From Eledone cirrhosa (taxonomy: Eukaryota), in the NCBI GenBank assembly GCA_964016885.1, contig OZ024741.1, positions 221,278,001-221,342,000 on the forward strand: DNA of 64,000 bases, in the 5' to 3' direction. Of this stretch, positions 53,572 through 64,000 are shown in pieces; position 1 is the stretch's first letter, and the number at the start of each line of letters is the position of its first letter. The notes beneath the pieces were generated by a model, which did no database searches, had not been told where the DNA came from, and worked only from the letters and a program-made list of their open reading frames with translations. A program made the translations under genes and the position numbers.

Positions 53572-54330
53572 AAAGCACCTAGCCAGTATCTAGGAAAAAA
53601 GGAGGTTCGATTCTTCATAGAAGCCCAGGGCAACTTCTTATTTTATCTTTAAGGGTCTTCACTCTATTTCATAGATAATTTTATATGAGACCACCACTCT
53701 TTATATTAACTTTATCCCCTCAACACCTCATAAATGTCTGAGAGAACCACTAAGTATACACAATGTTTGTTGACATCTAAAAGCGTAATTCACCTATCTA
53801 ATTTAAGACAGTAAGAGTTGTCATGATCCCTTGGTTTAACGGTTTAAAGTACCTAGCTGGTATCTGGGAGATATGAGGTTCAATTCCTCATAACGCTGAT
53901 GGCAACTTCTTTTTTATCTTTAAGGGTCTTCACCCTATTTCATAAATAATTATATATGAGCACACCACCCTTTGTATTATGTTTACCTCAACAACACTTC
54001 ATAAATGTCCGGAGATCAACTACATATATCCCATGTTTGTTGACATTTAAAATCTGTAATTCAGCTATCTAATTTAAGAGAGTAAGAGTTGTCAAGGTCC
54101 CTTGGCTTAATGGTTTAAAGTACCTAGCTGGTATCTGGAAGATAGAAGGTTTGATTCCTTGTAGAAGCCTGATGGATACCTTTTTTTCCATCTGTAAGGG
54201 TCTTCCCCTTATTTTATAAGCTTTTCTATAAGCTATTTTATAGCGTCTCTGTTCATGAGCACACCACTATTTATATTAACTTTATCCCTTCAGCACTTTG
54301 TAAAAGTCTGCGAGATCAATTATGTATACA
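53572..54330 (+). repeat. ~272-bp diverged tandem triplicate, each unit with a tRNA-like module
   Basis: AAAG(C/T)ACCTAGC at 53572, 53846 and 54117. A box TGGCTTAATGG, stem-loop CCTAG-CTGGTAT-CTGGG, B box GGTTCAATTCC. Confidence 0.8.
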
Positions 54331-54914
54331 TTATTGTTTCTACTTTTGGCACAAGGCCAGCAATTATCCCAGGGTATTACTGGTACTTTATTTTATCGAC
54401 CCCATAAGGATGAAAGGCAGAGTTATCCTCAGCGGATTTGAACTCAGATCGTAAAGGGACATAACTGTGCTGTAAAGCATAGCGTCCGACCCTCTACCGA
54501 TACTGCCGTATACATAATTGTTTCTACTTTAGGCACAAGGCCAGCAATTATCCAGTGCATTACTGGTACTTTATTTTATCGACCCCGTAAGGATGAAAGG
54601 CAAAGTCAACCTCGGCGGGATTTGAACTCAGATCGTAAAGGGACGTAACTATGCTGGAAAGCATGGCGTCCGACCCTCTACCGATACTGCCAATCCTACT
54701 GCCGTATACATAATGTCCTCTAAATATAGTGGTTTGCTCATAGCTAAGTATTTCTGTCATGGTCTCACTAAGAACAAGATATTGGTGGTACCCCATTCTA
54801 ACACAAACCCAAACTACATCTCATCCAAGCTAATTAATTCTCTTGTTAATCACATGTTATAAATCTTTCAGCTATGTCCATAATTTGGCCCATCACTATG
54901 ATGTCTCAATAGTT

Positions 54915-55115
54915 GCCTCTCCAAATATTGGTCGCTCTGACAGGTTTGTGGTTGAGCCCGTAGCAGTGGAGACTACTGGTGTCCTTGGCCCCAGGACCAC
55001 CTCCTTACTCAGCACAGAGTTGGCTACCTGTGGGTAGCGAGCTGTAATGGCTCTTCCAATGCATCTCCCTCACCATCCTCCAGGGAAACGCATTCTCTAT
55101 TCTGTCTGCCGGGGA
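54915..55115 (+). mobile_element. CRE-clade-like retrotransposon 3' end
   Basis: FVVEPVAVETTGVLGP...LFQCISLTILQGNAFSIL. Confidence 0.7.
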
Positions 55116-55142
55116 CACGGGGCAGCCATTTGATCATAATAG

Positions 55143-58100
55143 TGAGAGATGGGGAGAGTGGGAGAGACAGAGGCAGTGACAGTGGGAGTTTGGTTCCTTT
55201 GTGTTCAGACCTGGTGTATATGAGAGATGGGGAGAGTGGGAGAGACAGAGGCAGTGACAGTGGGAGTTTGGTTCCTTTGTGTTCAGACCTGGTGTATATG
55301 AGAGATGGGGAGAGTGGGAGAGACAGAGGCAGTGACAGTGGGAGTTTGGTTCCTCTGTGTTCACACCTGGTGTATATGAGAGATGGGGAGAGTGGGAGAG
55401 ATAGAGGTAGTGACAGTGGGAGTTTGGTTCCTCTGTGTTCACACCTGGTGTATATGAGAGATGGGGAGAGTGGGAGAGATAGAGGTAGTGACAGTGGGAG
55501 TTTGGTTCCTCTGTGTTTAGACCTGGTGTATATGAGAGGTGGGGAGAGTGGGAGAGACAGAGGCAGTGACAGTGGGAGTTTGGTTCCTCTGTGTTCAGAC
55601 CTGGTGTATATGAGAGATGGGGAGAGTGGGAGAGACAGAGGTAGTGACAGTGGGAGTTTGGTTCCTCTGTGTTCAGACCTGGTGTATATGAGAGGTGGGG
55701 AGAGTGGGAGAGACAGAGGCAGTGACAGTGGGAGTTTGGTTCCTCTGTGTTCAGACCTGGTGTATATGAGAGATGGGGAGAGTGGGAGAGACAGAGGCAG
55801 TGACAGTGGGAGTTTGGTTCCTCTGTGTTTAGACCTGGTGTATATGAGAGATGGGGAGAGTGGGAGAGACAGAGGCAGTGACAGTGGGAGTTTGGTTCCT
55901 CTGTGTTCAGACCTGGTGTATATGAGAGGTGGGGAGAGTGGGAGAGACAGAGGCAGTGACAGTGGGAGTTTGGCTCCTCTGTGTTCAGACCTGGTGTATA
56001 TGAGAGGTGGGGAGAGTGGGAGAGACAGAGGCAGTGACAGTGGGAGTTTGGCTCCTCTGTGTTCAGACCTGGTGTATATGAGAGGTGGGGAGAGTGGGAG
56101 AGACAGAGGCAGTGACAGTGGGAGTTTGGTTCCTCTGTGTTCAGACCTGGTGTATATGATAGATGGGGAGAGTGGGAGAGACAGAGGCAGTGACAGTGGG
56201 AGTTTGGTTCCTCTGTGTTCAGACCTGGTGTATATGATAGATGGGGAGAGTGGGAGAGACAGAGGCAGTGACAGTGGGAGTTTGGTTCCTCTGTGTTCAC
56301 ACCTGGTGTATATGAGAGATGGGAGAGTGGGAGAGACAGAGGCAGTGACAGTGGGAGTTTGGTTCTTTTGTGTTCACACCTGGTGTATATGAGAGATGGG
56401 AGAGTAGGAGAGACAGAGGCAGTGACAGTGGGAGTTTGGCTCCTCTGTGTTCAGACCTGGTGTATATGAGAGGTGGGGAGAGTGGGAGAGACAGAGGTAG
56501 TCACAGTGGGAGTTTGGCTCCTCTGTGTTCAGACCTGGTGTATATGAGAGGTGGGGAGAGTGGGAGAGACAGAGGTAGTCACAGTGGGAGTTTAGCTCCT
56601 CTGTGTTCAGACCTGGTGTATATGATAGATGGGGAGAGTGGGAGAGACAGAGGTAGTGACAGTGGGAGTTTGGTTCCTTTGTGTTCACACCTGGTGTATA
56701 TGAGAGATGGGAGAGTGGGAGAGACAGAGGCAGTGACAGTGGGAGTTTGGCTCCTCTGTGTTCAGACCTGGTGTATATGAGAGGTGGGGAGAGTGGGAGA
56801 GACAGAGGTAGTCACAGTGGGAGTTTGGCTCCTCTGTGTTCAGACCTGGTGTATATGAGAGGTGGGGAGAGTGGGAGAGACAGAGGTAGTCACAGTGGGA
56901 GTTTGGCTCCTCTGTGTTCAGACCTGGTGTATATGATAGATGGGGAGAGTGGGAGAGACAGAGGTAGTGACAGTGGGAGTTTGGTTCCTTTGTGTTCACA
57001 CCTGGTGTATATGAGAGATGGGAGAGTGGGAGAGACAGAGGCAGTGACAGTGGGAGTTTGGCTCCTCTGTGTTCAGACCTGGTGTATATGAGAGGTGGGG
57101 AGAGTGGGAGAGACAGAGGTAGTCACAGTGGGAGTTTGGCTCCTCTGTGTTCAGACCTGGTGTATATGAGAGGTGGGGAGAGTGGGAGAGACAGAGGTAG
57201 TCACAGTGGGAGTTTGGCTCCTCTGTGTTCAGACCTGGTGTATATGAGAGATGGGGAGAGTGGAAGAGACAGAGGCAGTGACAGTGGGAGTTTGGCTCCT
57301 CTGTGTTCAGACCTGGTGTATATGAGAGATGGGGAGAGTGGGAGGGACAGAGGCAGTGACAGTGGGAGTTTGGTTCCTCTGTGTTCACACCTGGTGTATA
57401 TGAGAGATGGGGAGAGTGGGAGAGATAGAGGCAGTGACAGTGGGAGTTTGGTTCCTCTGTGTTCACACCTGGTGTATATGAGAGATGGGGAGAGTGGGTG
57501 AGATAGAGGCAGTGACAGTGGGAGTTTGGTTCCTCTGTGTTCAGACCTGGTGTATATGAGAGATGGGGAGAGTGGGAGAGGTAGAGGTAGTCACAGTGGG
57601 AGTTTGGTTCTTTTGTGTTCAGACCTGGTGTATATGAGAGATGGGGAGAGTGGGAGAGACAGAGGTAGTGACAGTGGGAGTTTGGTTCCTCTGTGTTCAC
57701 ACCTGGTGTATATGAGAGATGGGGAGAGTGGGAGAGACAGAGGCAGTGACAGTGGGAGTTTGGTTCTTTTGTGTTCACACCTGGTGTATATGAGAGATAG
57801 GGAGAGTGGGAGAGGCAGTGACAGTGGGAGTTTGGTTCCTCTGTGTTTAGACCTGGTGTATATGAGAGATGGGGAGAGTGGGAGAGACAGAGGCAGTGAC
57901 AGTGGGAGTTTGGTTCCTCTGTGTTCAGACCTGGTGTATATGAGAGATGGGGAGAGTGGGAGAGGCAGAGGCAGTGACAGTGGTAGTTTAGTTCCTCTGT
58001 GTTCACACCTGGTGTATATGAGAGAAGAGGAGAGTGGGAGAGACAGAGGCAGTGACAGTGGGAGTTTGGTTCCTCTGTGTTCAGACCTGGTGTATATGAG

Positions 58101-59015
58101 AGATGGGGAGAGTGGGAGAGACAGAGGCAGTGACAGTGGGAGTTTGGTTCCTCTGTGTTCACACCTGGTGTATATGAGAGATGGGGAGAGTGGGAGAGAT
58201 AGAGGCAGTGACAGTGGGAGTTTGGTTCCTCTGTGTTTAGACCTGGTGTATATGAGAGATCGGGAGAGTGGGAGAGACAGAGGTAGTGACAGTGGGGGTT
58301 TGGTTCCTCTGTGTTCACACCTGGTGTATATGAGAGATGGGGAGAGTGGGAGAGACAGAGGTAGTGACAGTGGGGGTTTGGTTCCTCTGTGTTGAGACCT
58401 GGTGTATATGAGAGATCGGGAGAGTGGGAGAGACAGAGGCAGTGACAGTGGGAGTTTGGTTCCTTTGTGTTCAGACCTGGAGTATATGAGAGATGGGGAG
58501 AGTGGGAGAGATAATGGCAGTGACAGTGGGAGTTTGGTTCCTCTGTGTTCAGACCTGGTATATATGAGAGATGGGGAGAGTAGGAGAGACAGAGGCAGTG
58601 ACAGTGGGAGTTTGGTTCCTTTGTTTTCAGACCTGGAGTATATGAGAGATGGGGAGAGTGGGAGAGATAGAGGCAGTGACAGTGGTAGTTTGGTTCCTCT
58701 GTGTTCAGACCTGGTGTATATGAGAGATGGGGAGAGTGGGAGAGATAGAGGCAGTGACAGTGGTAGTTTGGTTCCTCTGTGTTCAGACCTGGTGTATATG
58801 AGAGATGGGGAGAGTGGGAGAGATAGAGGCAGTGACAGTGGGAGTTTGGTTCCTTTGTGTTCAGACCTGGAGTATATGAGAGATGGGGAGAGTGGGAGAG
58901 ATAGAGGCAGTGACAGTGGGAGTTTGGCTCCTCTGTGTTTAGACCTGGAGTATATGAGAGATGGGGAGAGTGGGAGAGATAGAGGCAGTGACAGTGGGAG
59001 TTTGGTTCCTCTGTG
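55143..59015. repeat. 78-bp minisatellite, about 50 copies
   Basis: Unit GAGAGATGGGGAGAGTGGGAGAGACAGAGGCAGTGACAGTGGGAGTTTGGTTCCTCTGTGTTCAGACCTGGTGTATAT. Confidence 0.97.
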
Positions 59016-59060
59016 TACATGTGTGTGTGACTGATTTAATAGTAATATTTTTTCCATATA

Positions 59061-59409
59061 CAGTGTATCCCCGACATTTGCGGTCCCAGTTATTTGCAAA
59101 ATTTTCCTTAGAACCTGTCTAATAATTGTTCGTAGAAACCACCGCATATTCGCGGAATCGTAAATATTTTCAACAATTTTTTTAATGGTTTTTATCTTGG
59201 CCATATATATTTTTTAACGCTAAATTATCAACCACAATATTTCGTATTTGCCGGTCTATTGAACGCCCCTTCGCATAAGACGGTCCCTCCTTTTTTATTA
59301 TATGTTGACGTTTATAGGCATTTTTATGGACCACGTCCAATATTCGCGTTTTTTCACTCTTCACAGGTTCTCTAGGAATGTAACCCCCACGAATACAAGG
59401 GGACAACTG
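59061..59409. mobile_element. Tc1/mariner-superfamily (pogo/Tigger-like) MITE
   Basis: TA|CAGTGTATCCCCGACATTTGCGG ... CCACGAATACAAGGGGACAACTG|TA. Confidence 0.75.
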
Positions 59410-59916
59410 TACTATGTAATACATTGATATATGTAAGCAATAATCTATATAACTATAAGTTAATTCAGATACTGTTCACCCTCTTATCAAATACTTGCTA
59501 TTGGAAGTTGCCTCTCTCTCTAGAACATCTTGTTTGATTTTGTAGAAGTTGGTAAGGGCAAAGCTCTGTCAATTACTAGTGATGACACTTCCCTGTTTAG
59601 ATACAGTACTGGACTTATCTATAAGCTAAATAAGCTATAGCTTAGGGTCACACACCCTCAGGACCTTATTAAATATATTTTTATTTTATAATTAGTTTTT
59701 TTATTTTTAACACTAAATCATTAAAAATTATCATCAACATCATAATCATTATCATCATCACCATCATCATCATCATCATCATCATCATCATTTCATGCCT
59801 GTTTTTCCATGGTTGCTTGGGTTGTACAGGTTCTTCTCAGTACAGCATCTCTCCATTCGTCCAAGGACATAACGCATTGCCCAGTCTGGGAATCGAACTC
59901 AGCCACGTGCCTTCAC

Positions 59917-59948
<32 letters not shown>

Positions 59949-59974
59949 ATATACATATATATATGTGTGTGTGT

Positions 59975-60017
<43 letters not shown>

Positions 60018-60422
60018 CCTGTATGAGCAAGGCATGGTCAGCCGACCAGACACTGCCCACAACAGGACAACCCGTCTAACCCATACTAGCGTGGAAGAAC
60101 GGACGTAAAACGGTGATGATGATGATGATGATGATATTGTCAATACATCTCTTCATAAATTATACATGTCCAACAATCTACTCTGCTACATTCAAATCTA
60201 GGTGTGTAACACTAATTTAGATGAAAGGTGAAATACAAGTGTATAGAGAGTAATTAGTAACTTAGTATCTTTGTATGTTAGTATGTTAGTACCTTTGTAG
60301 TACATTAGTACCTCAGTACTTTAGTACTATAGTTAGTACCTTAGTACATTAGTACGTTTGTATGTTAGTACCTTAGTATGTTAATATGTTAGTACTGTAG
60401 TAATTTATTATGTTAGTATAAT

Positions 60423-60590
60423 AGTACTTTAGTTAGTACCTGGTACATTATCACCGTATGACCTTGTACTAACCATCGTCAATAATACAATGTCTACATG
60501 AGCTGAGCAAACTAACCTCATCACTTTTATATTATAGTTGACACCGTTTTAGTACTAGGTGATAATGTACCAAGTACTAACTAAAGTACT
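60423..60590. other. Foldback with ~33-bp inverted arms inside an AGTAC-rich simple repeat
   Basis: AGTACTTTAGTTAGTACCTGGTACATTATCACC / GGTGATAATGTACCAAGTACTAACTAAAGTACT. Confidence 0.7.
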
Positions 60591-60999
60591 AAAGTACTTA
60601 GTTATGAAAATACTTAGTTACTAAGGTACCTGCATAATTTATGTAGAAGTTCTCTAATAACTTTGTTAGATATCTGAATGTTGTTGTTGTGGTTGTTATT
60701 GTTTAACCACAGGTCAGCCATGACTGATACAGTTAGAAATACCTTGATTCTTTCCTATGTACAGGAAACGTCCTTCTCATCATTGACAAAGCTGCTGTGG
60801 TTAAGATGCTTGATGTAGAATCATAATTGTTTCTACTTTAGGCACAAGGCCAGCAATTACCCAGTTCATTACTGGTACTTTATTTTATCGACCACGTAAG
60901 GATGAAAGGCAAAGTCAACCTCGGCGGAATTTGAACTCAGATCGTAAAGGGACGTAACTATGCTGGAAAGCATGGCGTCCGACCCTCTACCAATACTAT

Positions 61000-61240
61000 G
61001 TCTTGGGTTGAGTTCCTGGATGGGTTGCTATGTTGTGTTAAGCAAAACACCTTATTTTACATTGCTACAGTGCACCCAGGTGAGAGGTAGTACCAGCAGT
61101 AGCTGGGAAGTTAATCCTACAATAGACTGGCGTCCTGTCCAGGGAGAGTCTTGTACTTTCAGCCACTTAATGCTAAGGAAACCGAGATAAGCACCAGCCT
61201 GATGATCCTCTGGATCAAGACAGACTTTAGACTTAGACTC
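61000..61240 (+). mobile_element. Old SINE (V/Meta-SINE-like central block)
   Basis: Block GACTGGCGTCCTGTCCAGGG, tail GAAACCGAGATAAGC..GACTTTAGACTTAGACT. Confidence 0.5.
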
Positions 61241-63198
61241 TATCCTATTTACAGGAAACTTCCTTTTGATCTTGACACAATTGTTATTGTTGCTGTTTAG
61301 CCCCAGGTCAGCCATGATTGAGCAGACCTATTATCATATGTATTCCAGCCATGACCATCTAAATGTTTTCTCATGTGCAGGGAACCCAGGACCAGATTTT
61401 TTAAGGTAGTAGCTATGGTTTGAGGATGATTTAGCTAATATTTCTTGAAAGTCAAGAGACCATTTAGGAGCTCCTTCATCGGCTTAAACTCCTGTGTACT
61501 TTTTTTTTATTGACCTCAAAAGGATGAAAGGCAAAGTGGGCCTTCCCTGGATTTGAACTCAGAGAGCAGAGAGCTGGAACAAATACCACAGTTTGAGATT
61601 TAGAAAAGAGAAAAACATTGGATTGTCATGCCTGGAAATCCTTTGATCTAGGATTACTTGTTGAGGACCAACCTGGGCATATACAGAAACATTTGGATGT
61701 CATTTAATGTTCTTTTATTAAGAACTGGACATTCCTACAGTAGCATAGCTAGAAGAGGGTCCAAGGGTGCAGTCCGACCTAAGTAACATTTTTATGGGGA
61801 CGCCACTTTTGGGTCTGCTATAAGTGTTCTTTTAATGATGCAGCATAATATTATAATTGTACACAGACTAATTAATATATAATAATTTTAAAAATTATAT
61901 ATATATCATCATCATCATCATTATCATCATTTAACGTCTATTTTCCACTCTAGCATGGGTAGGACGGGCTGTCCATTATGAGATATCTGGTCAGGGGACC
62001 GTGTGTCGTTTGTGCAGGGCTGATTTTGGTTTGGATTCTACGGCTGGATGCCATTCCATATATATTAGGAGCAATATGTATTTTTTGTGGGGTCTGGGGG
62101 GCAGCAAACTGAAGGGCTGCCCCGGGCAGTCCCATGTGGTACACACTCTAGCTACATCACTGTATTCATACAGGATGAATATTGTCTGGTAAAATTATCT
62201 CTTTTTTAGCATGTCTCTAATGAAATACACCATCATCATTGTTTAACGTCTATTTTCCACACTGACCATGTCTAGCTCATATGGATCTGTATTTTGGCTT
62301 GGTTTCTACAGTTGGATGCCCTTCCTAATGCTAACCGCATTACAGTATGGATTGGATGTTTTTTTATTGTGGCACCTAAACAACCTCCTTATAGTGTGAC
62401 CTGGGCATTTTTTGTCATGTCACCAGCACAACCACTTTACAGTGTGACCTTGGCATTTTTTGTCATGTCGCCGACAGGACCACTTTACAGTGTGACCTGG
62501 GTACTTTTTGTTATGACACCAACATGATCACCTTATTGTGTGGACTGGGTGCTTTTTATTGTGGTACCTAAATAACCACCTTACTTCACATAAGCAGGAC
62601 ATATCTTAACTTACTGAAAATAATCTTCCCTTGTTTTCATTATAATAAGGTTTGCTTATCAAATGCAGGTCTGAAATCTCATTTAAGGTCACATGATATA
62701 AATTAATTTACATATGATGTTAACACAGAATTTATATGTCAGGTTTAACACAAAACAAGCAAGTCATCATCTGGAGGCCATAAAAAACATTATAAAACCC
62801 ACAGAGATGGGGAAGATTTGGGATAGGACACTTTACCATCAATACCTTCTAAACTACTGCAAAATTTACTAAACAAATCCCTTTCATTCCATGTCTGGAC
62901 TTAAAGGCCCCTTACAGACTCACAGTAGACATATTTCTACTTAATATTATATAATAAAAAGGGGCGGTGGATTGGAAGTATCAGTAGAGGGTCGAACACC
63001 ATGCTTTGACGCATAGAGTTATGGCCCTTGCCATTATGAGTTCAAATCCCGCCGAGGTTAACTTTGCCTTTCATCCTTACGGGGTCGATAAAATAAAGTA
63101 CCAGTAATGTACTGGGTAATTGCTGGCCTTGTGCCAAAAGTAGAAACGATATTATATAATAAAATGTTATAGTTTGCTTGAAACATTGTATATAATAT

Positions 63199-63596
63199 AT
63201 AACGTTGAAAGAGATAGAAGGCTAAACAATGTAAAATGGACTGTAAGATGAGGTAACGAAAGGTAAAAATAAGTTACCTGGTAATCATTTTGTTTTTTGC
63301 TGTTGTTCTTCTGTTTTCTGTCCAATATTTCGCGACCTAAAAGTCCCTTCATCAGGGTTTAAGGAACTTTCAGTGGATAATGTTCCAATTTCCTCGCTTT
63401 GGGATTAAATTTTGATTTTGATTTAAATTTTTCTAAGTCATTTTCAAGCGTTCTTTTATGGTTATTTCACTTTCCACGAGAAATATTGGACAGAAAAAAT
63501 AACAACAAAACAAAGATTACCAGGTAACTTACCTTTCGTTACCTCACCTTATAGTCCATTTTACAATGTTTACCCTTCTATCTCTTTCAACGTTAT
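63199..63596 (-). mobile_element. Penelope-like terminal fragment with imperfect inverted arms and a decayed hammerhead (63322-63357 minus)
   Basis: Arms 63199-63331 / 63480-63596. Minus strand: cc CUGAUGA ag gGAC uuuuag GUC gc GAAA UA UU gg. Confidence 0.7.
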
Positions 63597-63643
63597 TTTA
63601 TATCAAATATTTACACAATCAAGAAGAGTCTTGCTCAGTAAGA

Positions 63644-64000
63644 TCATCATCATCATCATTTTACGTCCACTTTTCCCTGCTTGCAAGGGTGGGACAGGTC
63701 TTATTCAGCCCAGCATCTCTCCACTTGTCACGGTCCTTCGTCATCTTCACCGTGAGCTTCAGCAATCTGAGGTCTTTCTCACCACCTCCACCCATGTTTT
63801 TCGTGGTCTACCTCTACCACGTCTTCCTTCAACTGGCATTTCCTAGCACTTCTTCACCCATCGGTCATCCTCCATACACATCACATGTCCATACCACCGC
63901 AGTCTCCTCTCTCGCACACTACATTCTATCCCTCTCAGACACAGTTTCTCTCTCAACACATGCATGCTGGGTTGTTTACATTGACATTGCACATCCAACA
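63644..64000 (-). mobile_element. RTE subfamily A 3' end
   Basis: Reverse complement of ~37130-37490. Confidence 0.92.

Noticed and set aside
55130-59204. Long repetitive ORFs (up to 674 aa) as real proteins
   Set aside because: They arise from a unit length divisible by 3, are open on both strands, and are broken by amplified frameshifts.
61178-61215. GAAAC..TA..CTGATGA in an old SINE tail as a hammerhead
   Set aside because: Helices II and III do not close around the core.

Overview
Gene-poor, repeat-saturated animal genomic DNA. The SINE and RTE families suggest a cephalopod, probably an octopus (inference). No intact host gene could be supported, and nearly all listed ORFs are translations of micro- or minisatellites or of decayed LINEs. 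Contents: a degenerate Tx1/L1-clade LINE; many RTE-clade fragments of two subfamilies carrying a PHD-type finger; CR1-like and CRE-like 3' ends; several tRNA-derived SINE families; a non-autonomous Helitron; pogo- and piggyBac-like MITEs; and large minisatellites (83, 38, ~52 and 78 bp units). The main unannotated signal is a dense set of type I hammerhead ribozyme motifs, found by eye. There are about 14 motifs in 9 unrelated sequence families, on both strands. Most have a palindromic helix III. They lie in short non-coding elements, mostly in or beside (TA)n tracts, often with partial-tandem or inverted architecture typical of Penelope-like elements and retrozymes. Two families have unusual cores (CAGAAGA in all 4 copies; CCGAAGA). 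Beside them are two divergent but homologous ~600-bp non-coding units (615 and 597 bp) present as more than one unit length. They share a left breakpoint and show covarying stems, suggesting a structured element copied from a circular or multimeric template, with no ribozyme I could recognise. All structures were assigned by inspection and none was computed.
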